A stretch of DNA of 64,000 nt from Opitutia bacterium (GTDB lineage Bacteria > Verrucomicrobiota > Verrucomicrobiia > Opitutales > T3Sed10-336), in assembly GCA_050506795.1 (NCBI GenBank), contig JBJHCF010000013.1, positions 34,151 through 98,150 on the forward strand. Direction: 5' to 3'. The first letter of the stretch is position 1, and the number at the start of each line of letters is the position of its first letter. Below, in pieces: positions 20,918-32,100 of the stretch. The notes beneath the pieces were generated by a model, which was not told the DNA's origin, did not search any database, and was given only the letters and a program-made list of their open reading frames with translations. Made by a program: the position numbers and the translations under genes.

Positions 20918-21847
20918 ATGGATTCCGATCAAATAACAGTTTGGCTTTTTCGGGACGGCAAACCGGGACATGAGAACCAGGTGTTGGGGCTTGCGGAGGC
21001 GTTGGGGCGGCGACGGAATCTGCGGATCGAAAGCGTGGTTTTGCCACACGACGGGTCGCTGGTCGTTCGCCGGGGCCGTTGGCGGACGGCCTGGCGGAAT
21101 CTGCCGCGACCGGATTTGTTGATCGGCGCGGGGCATGCGACTCATATCGCCCTGCTGTGCACGGCGCTCCGTTTTCGGGCGCGGTCGGTCGTGCTGATGA
21201 AACCATCCTGGCCGGCTTTTTTTTTCGATTTGGTGGTGATCCCCGGTCACGATCTGCCACCCGGACGCCGGGATGATCCCGGTCGGCGTTACCTGGTCAC
21301 CCGGGGCGCCATCAATCGGGTGCGTCACGATCCAGCGCGCAAGGAACGCCTGGGCCTTATCCTGGTGGGCGGGCCGTCTCGGGAGCACGACTGGAACGCG
21401 GACCGGTTGATTGAAGCGATCGGGCAGGTGGCGGCGGCGGATGCGGAACGGCGTTGGGTGTTGACCGATTCGCGACGGACGCCGCCGGGATTCCTCGGGC
21501 GGGTGCGGGACGTCGCGCCCGGAGTGGAGTGTTTTGACGGGGCCGAAACGGGACCCGATTGGCTGCCCGATCAACTCGCCCGGGCGGAGGTCGTCTGGGT
21601 GACCCGCGACAGTGTTTCCATGATCTACGAGGCCCTCACCGCCGGAGCGAGGGTGGGCTTGCTGGAGGCGCCGCTGCGCGGAAAACCGGGAAAGCTGACC
21701 CGGGGGGTGGAAAGTCTGATAAGCGAGGGCTGGGTTACCCCGTGGGCGCACTGGCACGAAACCGGGGTATTGCCGGGACCTCCCGCGGTTCTGAACGAAG
21801 CGGACCGGGTTGCCGGCGAGGTGGCGAAACGATTGGGCTGGGAATGA
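20918..21847 (+). CDS. ELM1-like (DUF1022) putative glycosyltransferase/nucleoside-diphosphate sugar enzyme
   Basis: DGKPGHENQVLGLAEAL, LVGGPS, SRRTP, VTRDSVSMIYEA and LNEADRVA. Confidence 0.88.
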   Translation: MDSDQITVWLFRDGKPGHENQVLGLAEALGRRRNLRIESVVLPHDGSLVVRRGRWRTAWRNLPRPDLLIGAGHATHIALLCTALRFRARSVVLMKPSWPAFFFDLVVIPGHDLPPGRRDDPGRRYLVTRGAINRVRHDPARKERLGLILVGGPSREHDWNADRLIEAIGQVAAADAERRWVLTDSRRTPPGFLGRVRDVAPGVECFDGAETGPDWLPDQLARAEVVWVTRDSVSMIYEALTAGARVGLLEAPLRGKPGKLTRGVESLISEGWVTPWAHWHETGVLPGPPAVLNEADRVAGEVAKRLGWE

Positions 21848-22956
21848 CAAAGCGATTGAAAGTGGTGCAAATGCTGCCGGCTTTGGATGCCGGCGGAGTT
21901 GAAACAGGGACGCTCGAAGTCGCGAGGCACCTGGTGGAGCAGGGTGACGAATCGGTGGTCATTTCCGCCGGGGGGCGTATGTTGGAGCGGCTGGAGAGCG
22001 AGGGAAGTCGCCATGTGCTCTGGCCGGTGGGACAAAAATCCCTGACTACCCTGGCCTATATCCGGCGCTTGCGGGCATTTCTCCGGGAGGAGCGTCCCGA
22101 CATCCTCCATTTGCGTTCCCGGGTGCCGGCCTGGCTCGCTTGGCTGGCCTGGCGCCGATTGCCGGAGAACGCGCGGCCTCATTTGGTCACCACGGTGCAT
22201 GGCTTTTATTCGGTCAATCGATACTCCCGTATCATGACCTGCGGAGAGCGGATTATCGCGGTTTCGGAGGGGATTCGGGATTATATTCTCAAGAATTACC
22301 GCGGGATTGAGCCGGCGCGGATCCGGGTTATCCCACGTGGGGTGAGCCCCGAACGTTTGCCTTACGGGTTTCGACCCGACGACGCCTGGCGCCGGAGGTG
22401 GCGAAGCGAATATCCGGGCCTGGAAGGCAGTCGGGTGATCACGTTGCCCGCGCGAATCACCCGGTGGAAGGGCGCCATAGAGTTCGTTTCCCTGATTTCC
22501 CGTCTGCGAGCGAGCGGTCACGTGGTGAAAGGGTTGATCGTCGGAGAACCCCACCCCCGGAAACGCCAGTATTACGAGGAACTCCTGCGCACCCGTTCGG
22601 AGGCGGGGCTCGACGACGCGATCCTCCTCCCGGGTCATCGATCCGACCTGCGGGAAATCATGGCGGTGTCCGATGTGGTGGTGTCACTTTCGTCCGACCC
22701 GGAAGCGTTCGGCAGGGTCACCCTGGAGGCGCTTTCGCTGGGGCGTCCGGTTGCCGGATTCGACCACGGAGGGGTTGGGGAACAACTGAAGGAACTGCTG
22801 CCAGAGGGCCGGATCCCGCTGGGCGATCTCGACGCCATGACCCGGTTGCTGGGAAACTGGTTGACCCATGGAGCTCCCCCGCCCCGGCGGGATAACCCGT
22901 TTACCCTGGAGCGTATGGTTGGCCGGACGCGCAAGGTTTACCTGGAGCTGTTGTGA
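21844..22956 (+). CDS. Glycosyltransferase family 4
   Basis: LPALDAGGVETGT, TTVHG, ARITRWKG and EAFGRVTLEA. ATGA overlap with the upstream gene. Confidence 0.92.
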   Translation: MTKRLKVVQMLPALDAGGVETGTLEVARHLVEQGDESVVISAGGRMLERLESEGSRHVLWPVGQKSLTTLAYIRRLRAFLREERPDILHLRSRVPAWLAWLAWRRLPENARPHLVTTVHGFYSVNRYSRIMTCGERIIAVSEGIRDYILKNYRGIEPARIRVIPRGVSPERLPYGFRPDDAWRRRWRSEYPGLEGSRVITLPARITRWKGAIEFVSLISRLRASGHVVKGLIVGEPHPRKRQYYEELLRTRSEAGLDDAILLPGHRSDLREIMAVSDVVVSLSSDPEAFGRVTLEALSLGRPVAGFDHGGVGEQLKELLPEGRIPLGDLDAMTRLLGNWLTHGAPPPRRDNPFTLERMVGRTRKVYLELL

Positions 22957-23026
22957 ATGTGGGTAAAAAAGTTTCACGGAAACCTTTGCCAAACACCGGG
23001 GTCGAGGTTAGGGTTTCGGGTTTGGG

Positions 23027-23041
23027 TGGCGGAATGCTTGC
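23027..23041 (+). promoter_or_regulatory. Possible sigma-54 (-24/-12) promoter for the RND operon
   Basis: TGGCGGAATGCTTGC fits GG-N10-GC with TTGC, about 90 bp upstream of ATG 23129. It lacks the ACG of the full consensus. Confidence 0.3.
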
Positions 23042-23128
23042 GGTGTCGATTCAATTGGGGTGAATCAGCTGCTTGGCAGCGAACTCCACCGCCAAAAAAC
23101 CCTCTTATTTTCGTCTCAGCTCTGGAAA

Positions 23129-24370
23129 ATGAATAACGTGCGGCGTGTTTTAATGGTGGTCTTCGGGGGAATTCTTTTCCTGGCGCTGGCCATGGTGTTT
23201 TATCAACGATTTTCCGAAGATCCCATGGCCGCCGGCGAAGGTCAGCGGGGAGAAAGCGTTGTGGCGGTGGAGGTAACCTCCGTGGAGCGGGACTCCATCC
23301 GCAACGTGCGGGCGTTCAGCGGATCGCTTTTCTCGCAATCGAGCTTCGAGATTGTGGCCAAGGTCGGTGGACAGCTCTCGTCCCTGAAGGTCGATATCGG
23401 AGATCGGGTGGAACGTGGTCAGGTTATCGGCCGGATCGATGATGAAGCCTTTATTCAGGATGTGGTGCAGGCTGAGGCGGAGCGTGAGGTGGCCCGGGCG
23501 AATCTTGAGGAGGCGTTGAGTTCGCTGGAGTTGGCGGAGCGGGAAAGAGATCGTGTACAGGCCCTGCGTGAGCGGCGGGTGGTTTCGGCCGCCGACCTGG
23601 ACTCGGCGGAAGCGGCGGTCCAGGCGGAACGCTCGCGGGTGAGGGTGACGGAAGCGGTCATTCAACAGCGGGAAGCCGCGCTGCTGGCGGCCCGTCTCCG
23701 TTTGTCCTATACCGGGATTGCGGCGAGTTGGGAGGGTCCGGGGGATTACCGGGTGGTGGGAGAGCGCTTCGTTGATGAAGGCGCCACCGTGACCGCGAAT
23801 CAGGCGATTGTTTCACTGGTGGACTTGCAGCGTCTTCGGGCGGTGATCCAGGTGACGGAACGCGACTACGGGCGTATCCTGGTGGGGCAGCGCGGTGAAA
23901 TTCGGAGCGACGCCGTTCCCGGAGAGGTTTTCCAGGCCAATGTGGTGCGGCGGGCGCCGCAGTTTCGCGAGAGTTCGCGCCAGGCGCGTATTGAATTGGA
24001 GGTGCCAAATCCCGATCAGCGTTTGCTTCCAGGGCAATTTATTAGAGCCCAGTTGGAGCTCGGACGGGCCGACGATGCCGTCGTGGTCCCGCGGGCTTCT
24101 CTGGTGCGTCGCGAGGGGAGGCAGGGGATTTTCCTGGTGGAACCGGCCGAGGAAGGTGACGGAACTCGTGCGGTTTTCGTGCCGGTGATTGCGGGGCATG
24201 TGGAAGGCGAGCGGGTTCAGATCGTCGAGCCGGAGCTGTCCGGAGAAGTGGTCGTGCTGGGGCAGGATCTCCTCGCGGACGGAACCCCCGTGCGGGTGGT
24301 GGCGAGGCGTGACGCGGAGGACTGGCGCGGAGAAATCGTCTCAATCGACGGCCGAATCGAAGTGAGATGA
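23129..24370 (+). CDS. RND efflux periplasmic adaptor (membrane fusion protein)
   Basis: N-terminal TM anchor, VDIGDRVERGQVI lipoyl-like half, long alpha-hairpin, and NPDQRLLPGQF. Confidence 0.92.
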   Translation: MNNVRRVLMVVFGGILFLALAMVFYQRFSEDPMAAGEGQRGESVVAVEVTSVERDSIRNVRAFSGSLFSQSSFEIVAKVGGQLSSLKVDIGDRVERGQVIGRIDDEAFIQDVVQAEAEREVARANLEEALSSLELAERERDRVQALRERRVVSAADLDSAEAAVQAERSRVRVTEAVIQQREAALLAARLRLSYTGIAASWEGPGDYRVVGERFVDEGATVTANQAIVSLVDLQRLRAVIQVTERDYGRILVGQRGEIRSDAVPGEVFQANVVRRAPQFRESSRQARIELEVPNPDQRLLPGQFIRAQLELGRADDAVVVPRASLVRREGRQGIFLVEPAEEGDGTRAVFVPVIAGHVEGERVQIVEPELSGEVVVLGQDLLADGTPVRVVARRDAEDWRGEIVSIDGRIEVR

Positions 24371-27300
24371 ACCTGTCTTCTTTTAGCATAACCCGGCCGG
24401 TCTTCACGGTCATGGTCTATTTGATCGTTATCCTGGTGGGGGCGATTTCCCTTGCGCGGCTCCCGATCGACCTGATTCCCGAAATCGAGTTTCCCCGGCT
24501 CACGGTGGTCACCTCCTACGAGAACGCCAGTCCGGAGGAAGTCGAGCAGTTGATCACCAGGGCGGTGGAGGAAGCACTGGCGGCGGTACCCGGGGTGGAG
24601 GAAATTATCTCCAATTCCGCCGAGGGCAGCAGCAATGTCACCCTGGCATTCCGCTGGGGAACCAACCTCGACGAGGCGTCCAACGACGTGCGCGACCGTC
24701 TGGACCGGGTTCTCAACCGGTTGCCTGACGATGCCGACCGGCCGCAGTTGCGGAAGTTCGATCCCAACTCCTTTCCGGTGATTATAATGGGGGCCTCCAG
24801 CCGGCTCGATCCCGTCAGTTTGCGATCCCTGCTGGATAACCAGATTCGCAATCGTCTGGACCGGGTTCCCGGGGTGGGGGGCATTGATATCTGGGGCGGG
24901 CTGGAACGGGAGATCCAGATCATGGTGGATCCTGATCGGGTACGCGCCCTGGGACTGTCTTTGGAACGGTTGATCGATGCCATTCGCGAGGAGAACGTGG
25001 TGGTGCCGGCGGGCGAAATCGAGGACGGCCGTCTGCGGGTGGCGCTGCGCACGCCCGGATTGCTGGCCAGTCTCGACGAGCTTCGCGACATCGTGGTGGC
25101 CAAGCGTGAGGGCGCGCCGGTGTACCTTGGGCAGCTTGCCGAGGTTCGCGACACCCACGCGGAGATTACCCGCATTACCCGCATCAACGGTGAACCGGGG
25201 GTCAGTCTGGCGGTGCGCAAGCAGTCGGGAACCAATACCGTGCAGGTGGTGCGCGACGTGCGCCGGGAAATGGCGAGAATCAACGTCGATTTTCCTCAAC
25301 TCACGCTGACGCCCATCCGTGACACCTCCGAATACATCCAGCGGTCGATCGCCAATGTGAATCGTTCGATTCTCTACGGCGGGCTCCTGGCCATCGTGGT
25401 GCTTCTGTTTTTCCTGCGCAGCCTGCGCAGTACCGCGATCATCGCCACCGCGATTCCCATTTCCATCGTGGCGTCATTCTCGTTGATGTATTTCTCCGGG
25501 CTTACCCTCAACCTGATGACGCTGGGAGGAATTGCTCTCGGGGTCGGCATGATGGTGGACAATGCCATCGTGGTCCTGGAGAACATCTTCCGCTTGCGAG
25601 AAAACCGGGTGGAGCCCCGCCAGGCCGCTCACCAGGGTTCGTCGGAGGTGGCCGCGGCCATTGTCGCCAGTACCCTGACGACCCTGGCGATCTTCCTCCC
25701 GCTGGTCTTTCTTGAGGGCGTCAGCGGCGTCATGTTCCGGCAATTGGCCTACGTGATCGGTTTCACCCTTCTTTGTTCCCTGGTGGTGGCCCTGACTCTG
25801 GTGCCCATGCTGGCTTCCCGGGTTCCCGCCGACGATGCCGACCGTCCGGCGGGTGCTCTGCAACGGCAAGGAAAGGGGGCTCTGGCCTGGGCGGCTGCGC
25901 GGTTCAAGCGATTGGAGGACGGCTATCGCGCGATGCTCGACGGCTCGTTGCGGCGCCCGTTCACGGTGTTCGGTTCGGCGGTGGTGCTTTTTGTGGCGAC
26001 GCTTTTCCTGTTGCCGCGGCTGGGCAGCGAGTTTATGCCCGAGGCGGATGAAGGGGAGATCCGGGTCGATGTGGAGATGGATCCCGGCGTGCGTATCGAG
26101 GTGATGGATGCGAAAATGCGGGAGATCGAGGCGATCGTTCGCGAAAACGTGCCCGAGTTGGCCAACCTGGAAGTGCGCTCCGGCGTGTGGGGATGGTGGG
26201 GCGGCTCCGCCGTGCGCGGCAGCGTTCGCGGTTACCTGGTGCCCATTCGGGAACGTTCCCGTTCCAGCGACCAGGTAGCCAATGACCTGCGCGACGCGCT
26301 TCGCGACGTCACCGGGGCGTCGATACGCACCCGGCCCGGCCGCGGCTTGTTTCTGCTGCGACTGGGATCGGGAGGAGATCAGGACGACCGCCTGGGTGTT
26401 GAAATCACCGGATTTGATCTGAACACGCTGGATGCGTTGGCCCAGCAGGTGAGTCTGGCTGTGGAGGACATTGAGGGTGTGACGGACGTCACCGTCAGCC
26501 GGGAAGAGGGCGTGCCGCGACAGTTGGCGCGCATTGACCGGGATCGGGCGGCCGATTTCGGCCTCACCACCGGGCGGGTGGCACGTATGCTGCGCACCGC
26601 TATCGGAGGCGCGCCGGCGGGAGAATTTCGCGACAACGGCGACGAGGTGCGAATGCGTTTGCGCCTGCGCGATGCCGACCGGATGGAAATGGAGGACGTC
26701 CTCGATTTGACCATACCCAACGACGACGGGGAACAGATCGCCTTGCGCAGCCTGGTGATGCTGGACACCGAACCCGGCCCGACCCGGATCGAGCGCCGCA
26801 ATCAGCGGCGAGTGGTGAATGTCACGGTCAATTTTGCGGGTCGTGATCTCGGGTCCGCCAGCCAGGAAATTCTGACGGTGCTCGCGGGTATTCCCACTCC
26901 CGCCAATTACGAGATGTTTGTCCGGGGAGATTATGAGGAGCAGCGCGAGGCTTTTCGCGAACTCATGCTGAGCATGGTGCTGTCTTTGCTCCTGGTGTAC
27001 ATGGTGATGGCCTGCCTCTACGAGTCGCTCCGCAATCCCCTGGTGGTGATGTTCTCGGTTCCGTTGGCGGCGATCGGGGCTCTGTTGATGTTGTTTCTGA
27101 CCGGGAGCACTCTCAACGTGCAGTCGTATATCGGCCTGATTATGCTGGGCGGGATCGTGGTCAACAACGCGATTCTGATCGTTGACCAGGCCTCGCGGCT
27201 TCAGGGCGAAGGCATGTCGGCCGAGGATGCGGCGCGCGAGGCCGGCCGGCGCCGGTTGCGTCCCATTCTGATGACGTCGTTGACCACCATGCTCGCTTTG

Positions 27301-27465
27301 ACGCCCCTGGCCATCGGCTTGGGCGAAGGCGCCGAGGCGCAGGCGCCCCTGGCCCGAGCTGTGATTGGCGGTTTGATGAGCTCGGCCGCCATCACCTTGT
27401 TTATCATCCCAATCGTCTACATTTGGTTCAACCGCGGCCGAACCGCGACTGAAATGCGGGTGTAG
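24367..27465 (+). CDS. RND efflux permease, AcrB/AcrD/AcrF family
   Basis: 1032 aa with SITRPVFT, GMMVDNAIVVLENI, GIVVNNAILIVD and RLRPILMT. ATGA overlap with the MFP gene. Confidence 0.95.
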   Translation: MNLSSFSITRPVFTVMVYLIVILVGAISLARLPIDLIPEIEFPRLTVVTSYENASPEEVEQLITRAVEEALAAVPGVEEIISNSAEGSSNVTLAFRWGTNLDEASNDVRDRLDRVLNRLPDDADRPQLRKFDPNSFPVIIMGASSRLDPVSLRSLLDNQIRNRLDRVPGVGGIDIWGGLEREIQIMVDPDRVRALGLSLERLIDAIREENVVVPAGEIEDGRLRVALRTPGLLASLDELRDIVVAKREGAPVYLGQLAEVRDTHAEITRITRINGEPGVSLAVRKQSGTNTVQVVRDVRREMARINVDFPQLTLTPIRDTSEYIQRSIANVNRSILYGGLLAIVVLLFFLRSLRSTAIIATAIPISIVASFSLMYFSGLTLNLMTLGGIALGVGMMVDNAIVVLENIFRLRENRVEPRQAAHQGSSEVAAAIVASTLTTLAIFLPLVFLEGVSGVMFRQLAYVIGFTLLCSLVVALTLVPMLASRVPADDADRPAGALQRQGKGALAWAAARFKRLEDGYRAMLDGSLRRPFTVFGSAVVLFVATLFLLPRLGSEFMPEADEGEIRVDVEMDPGVRIEVMDAKMREIEAIVRENVPELANLEVRSGVWGWWGGSAVRGSVRGYLVPIRERSRSSDQVANDLRDALRDVTGASIRTRPGRGLFLLRLGSGGDQDDRLGVEITGFDLNTLDALAQQVSLAVEDIEGVTDVTVSREEGVPRQLARIDRDRAADFGLTTGRVARMLRTAIGGAPAGEFRDNGDEVRMRLRLRDADRMEMEDVLDLTIPNDDGEQIALRSLVMLDTEPGPTRIERRNQRRVVNVTVNFAGRDLGSASQEILTVLAGIPTPANYEMFVRGDYEEQREAFRELMLSMVLSLLLVYMVMACLYESLRNPLVVMFSVPLAAIGALLMLFLTGSTLNVQSYIGLIMLGGIVVNNAILIVDQASRLQGEGMSAEDAAREAGRRRLRPILMTSLTTMLALTPLAIGLGEGAEAQAPLARAVIGGLMSSAAITLFIIPIVYIWFNRGRTATEMRV

Positions 27466-27683
27466 TTCGCGCGATCAGTGGCGGTGGTGAGGCTTAGGTC
27501 GTTTATAACCAGTATATTGTATCTTATTCATGTAATCCGTTGACTGAACCGGGTTAGGATTGCGTCGGTAACGGTACGGTGACATATTCAGGTATTCTGT
27601 TCGCTCTCACACGAATTTGCCTGCGCCGTGGCGTGACGGCCTTGCGCGGGTTTTGCTGAAACAAAAACTCAAGTCTCTATTCA

Positions 27684-29039
27684 ATGAAAACGAAATTGGT
27701 CTCCCGTCGGCGTTTCCTTGGCGCCATGCTCGTAGCCGGAACGGCTCCCATGATTCTTCCCTCCCGTTTGCTGGGAGAAAGTGCGCCCAGCCGAACATTG
27801 AATCTGGCCTGTATCGGTATCGGCGGGCAGGGACGCGGCGTCACCCGTACCTTCGGGAACATGGACCGCGTGAACATCGTGGCGGTGTGTGATATCGACA
27901 TGAACAACGGGAGCGTGCGGGATACCCTGAACACCTATCCGGACGCGCGGCGCTTTGAGGATTTCCGGCGTATGCTGGAGGAAATGGGAGACGACATCGA
28001 CGCGGTGTCGATTGCCACACCGGATCACGCTCATTTCCCCATGGCGATTCTTGCCATGTCGATGGGAAAACATGTTTTTGTCGAAAAGCCCCTGGCCAAT
28101 ACGTTCCTGGAAGCCGAGCTCCTCATGGCGGCGGAAAAGAAATACGGTGTGGTCACGCAGATGGGCAACCAGGGGCATTCGGGGCCGAATTACCATCAAT
28201 TCAAGGCTTTCTCCGAGGCCGGTCTCCTGGACGGAATCAACAAGGTCGTTTCCTACATGAACGCCGATCGGCGCTGGCACCCCTGGGGCGATGTGCCGGG
28301 CTTTCCCGAAGGGGAGCCTGTCCCCGAGGGCTTGCGTTGGGATCTCTGGCATACAACCGCGGAGGAACGTCCTTTCAGCCGCCGGTTTCATCCGGGCAAC
28401 TGGCGGGGTTGGTATCGGTACGGCATGGGAGCGCTGGGCGACTGGGCGCCCCATATTGTCGATACCGTCCATCGCTTCCTGGAACTCGGTTTGCCCGAGC
28501 GGATCGATCCGGTTCATATTCGTCAACCCAACCCCTATATCTTCCCGCTGGAAACGACCTTGCGATTCGATTTCCCGGCCCGCGGGGAAAAGCCGCCGGT
28601 GGAGATGTTCTGGTACGATGGCGTGGAAAACGCACCGGAGAAGCCACCGGAACTCGAGGACGGCCCTCTTGGTCATGCCGGCTCGATTGTCTTTGGCGGT
28701 CAGTACACCTTCATGCGCGGTTCCCATGGCGCCGCTATGCGGGTGCTGCCCGACTCCCTCCGCCGCGAAGTCCAGCCGGGGCTTCCGGAATTTTCCACGG
28801 GATCGACCCATTACGAGAATTTTGTCCTTTCCGCAATGGGCGAGGAATCGCCTCGCTCGCCGTTCGAAATATCCGGCACGCTCAACCAGGTGTTCAATCT
28901 GGGCGTCATCGCCCAGGAACTCAATACCGCCCTGGAATTCGACCGCGAGGAAAAGCGTTTCACCAACAACGACGAGGCCAACGAACTGCTGGCCGGACCG
29001 CCTCCGCGGGCGGGTTGGGAAGAGTATTACCGGCTTTGA
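27684..29039 (+). CDS. Tat-exported Gfo/Idh/MocA family oxidoreductase
   Basis: SRRRFL twin-arginine signal, IGIGGQG, IATPDHAH, HVFVEKPLA and QMGNQG. Confidence 0.92.
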   Translation: MKTKLVSRRRFLGAMLVAGTAPMILPSRLLGESAPSRTLNLACIGIGGQGRGVTRTFGNMDRVNIVAVCDIDMNNGSVRDTLNTYPDARRFEDFRRMLEEMGDDIDAVSIATPDHAHFPMAILAMSMGKHVFVEKPLANTFLEAELLMAAEKKYGVVTQMGNQGHSGPNYHQFKAFSEAGLLDGINKVVSYMNADRRWHPWGDVPGFPEGEPVPEGLRWDLWHTTAEERPFSRRFHPGNWRGWYRYGMGALGDWAPHIVDTVHRFLELGLPERIDPVHIRQPNPYIFPLETTLRFDFPARGEKPPVEMFWYDGVENAPEKPPELEDGPLGHAGSIVFGGQYTFMRGSHGAAMRVLPDSLRREVQPGLPEFSTGSTHYENFVLSAMGEESPRSPFEISGTLNQVFNLGVIAQELNTALEFDREEKRFTNNDEANELLAGPPPRAGWEEYYRL

Positions 29040-29171
29040 TTGGTCAATGATCGTTGATCGAAATCCAGCGTGACCGTGCCTTTCGGTATAGGCTTGTTTT
29101 TACACAAGCTTGACCGGGGTTGGGGTTGTTTCGTTCGGGAAAAAGTCTAGGGTGAATTCACTCATCATAAG

Positions 29172-32100
29172 ATGGGTGAATTCTCCCGATGCATGAAACG
29201 ATCTAAACGTCCGCTCTTTGTTTGCCGCTGCCTGTTCGGAATTGTGGCCTTGTTTTGGTGGGGCCATTTCGCGGCGTTCGCCGACGATGCTGAAACGTCC
29301 TTCCCTGGCCCGGAGTGGTCCGGGATCGGTGAGATCCTCCGTGAGCTGGATTTGTCGGTTCCCTCCCAGCGCGACCTGGCGGTGATGCGAATTCGGACGT
29401 TCGAAGAGGAGCGCCGCGAGAATGCCCTGGTCAGGGCAAGGGAAAGAGGCCTCCCGCTGCGCGTCGAATTTCCGGACGACACGGTCAAGGAGATCGCCCT
29501 GTTCGATGACGAGGACCGTCCGGTGTATTTCACGACGCACAACGACCAGGCCGCGATCTCGACGGCCGCCGATCTGCTGCACGGTCCCGATTACGGGTTG
29601 GACGGCGGGGGGATCATTATCGGCATGTGGGACGGCGGGGCGGCGCGCGCCGGGCACCAGGAGTTTGCCGGAGGCAGAATGATGGTGATGGACGGCGCCT
29701 CTTCGATCAATCACGCCACCCACGTCGGCGGTACGCTGATCGCCTCCGGCGTGGTGGCCCGGGCCAAGGGTATGGCTCCCGCGGCCATCGTGGAGTCGTA
29801 TGACTGGAACAATGACAAGTCGGAGATGGCCTCCCGGGCGGCCACCGGACCGGGCGACGACAACGCGATTTACCTTTCCAATCACAGTTACGGCTATGTG
29901 GCCGGCTGGTTTCGTACCGGCGGCAGTGATCCGGCCTACATCTGGTACGGGTCCGGATCGACGGCTTCCTCGACCGATCCGCGTTTCGGACAGTACAATT
30001 CCCACGCCCGCGACAGTGATGCTTTAGCCTATAACGCGCCCTATTACTTGATGTTCCGCAGCGCCGGCAACGATCGCAACGAGAACCCGGCCAACGGTCA
30101 GACGGTGCAGCTCTCGCCGGGCAGCACCTCGACCACGACCTACGATTCCTCGATCCACCCGGCCGGCGACGGGGTGTACCGGGGTGGGTACGACACCATC
30201 AGTTTCGACGCCGTGGCCAAGAACGTCATTACGGTTGGCGCCGTGAGCGATGCGGTGAGCGGGGGAGTCCGCGACCCGTCCGTGGCGGTGGTTTCATCGG
30301 TCTCGTCCTGGGGGCCGACCGATGACGGGCGGATAAAACCGGATATCATGGCCAACGGCGTCAGCCTCTATTCCACTCTCAATACCAGCAACTCGGCCTA
30401 CGGCAACATGAGCGGCACCAGCATGTCCGCGCCCAATGCCGCCGGAACCGCGGCGCTTCTTATTCAGAAGTATTCCCGGTTGTTTCCGGGAGAGGCCATG
30501 CGCGCCAGCACGCTGAAAGGGCTGTTGATTCATACGGCGGATGACCTGGGCACGCCGGGTCCAAATTACCAGTATGGCTGGGGTTTGCTCAACGGCGAAG
30601 CCGCGGCCGATCTGATTCGGGATCATGCGGATAACCCGTTGAAGATTCGCATGGGTGAACACCAGTTGACCTCCGGTGATCCCGCGCATTCCCACGAATT
30701 CGTCTGGAACGGCGCCGAGCCGATTCGGGTGACGCTTTCCTGGACCGATCCGGCGGGCAGCGCCACCACCAGCAGCGACAACCGTTCACCGCGCCTGCGC
30801 AACAATCTCGATGTGCGGGTGGTTGGTCCCGACGGCAGCGTGTATCACCCTTATGTGATGCCGTTTGTGGGGACCTGGACCGTGGAGTCCATGTCCCTCC
30901 CGGCAACGACCGGCGTCAATAACACGGACAATGTCGAACAAGTGTTTATCGCCGCACCCCCGGCTCCGGGTGTGTACCGGGCGGAGGTGAGTTACCAGGG
31001 GTCTCTGACCAACAACCAGCAGTACTATTCCCTTCTGGTCAGCGGGTCGAGCGCGGAAGAACCGCCGCCACCCCCGCTTTCCCTGAGCGGCGTTTCCCCC
31101 GCTTCGGCGGCTTCCGGCAATCACGTGACGCTGGATATTTCGGGAACCGCCCTGTCCACCGTCACCGCCATTCAACTGACCCGGGAAGGATTCCCCTCCA
31201 TCGCGGCGGGCAATCTGCGCATGGCGGGTGGCGTCCTGCGCGTTGAAGTCGATCTCACCGGCGCCGCAGCGGGAAAATGGAACGTGGCGGCCGAGAGCGA
31301 GGAGGAAACCGCTGTCCTGGCGGAGGGCTTTACTGTGGTGGCGGCGCTTTACAGTGAGAATTTCGACGGAGCGGTGACCGGATGGACGTCGGAGGCTGTG
31401 ACCGGTTCCAATTCCTGGGTACTGACGGATGAGCGGGCGCACACTCCGCCGAACGCCTATTTCGCGGCGGCTCCTTCCACCCGGACCACCACCTGGCTGG
31501 TTTCGCCTGCGATCGATATCCCGGAGACGGCCTCCGCTATGCAACTCAGGTTCTGGCATTATTTCGATTTGCAGTCGTCACAGGATGGCGGCCGCCTCGA
31601 AATTTCCACCGACAACGGGAGCACCTGGTTCGGTGTGGAAGATGCGGACTCCGGGGTAAGTTTTGCCAGCAACGGTTACAACGCGACCATCAGCCACACC
31701 GGGCCGCCCCCCAATCGCAGTGATTTCCAGGGGCAACAAGCCTGGTCCGGCAACAGCAACGGGTTTATTGAAACCATCCTCAATTTTAACCAGACGGACA
31801 AGTTTGCCGGTCAAACCCTGCGCTTCCGTTGGGGGTTGGCCACCAACGCCTCGGTGGCCAGTCCGGGGTGGTATGTGGACAGTATCGTGCTCACCGGCGA
31901 AGGCGATTTTACCAACGAACCGCCGGTGATCGTTTCTCCGGCCTCCACCGCGGCGGCGGAGACGGTTGTCGAAGAGGAGAGGGAGTACGACCTCGTTCCC
32001 GGCACTCTGGTGGAGCTGGAAGTGCAGGCGACTGACGATGGCGGACCGGACAACCTGACCTACACCTGGGCATCCAGCGGTCCGGGGCCGGTGTTTTTCC

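Noticed and set aside
24367..27465. RND pump lacking the second AcrB Asp and the Lys (VDNAIV, VNNAIL) and lacking an outer-membrane factor gene
   Set aside because: These variants and two-gene operons are common among RND subfamilies, so they are not evidence of novelty or inactivation.
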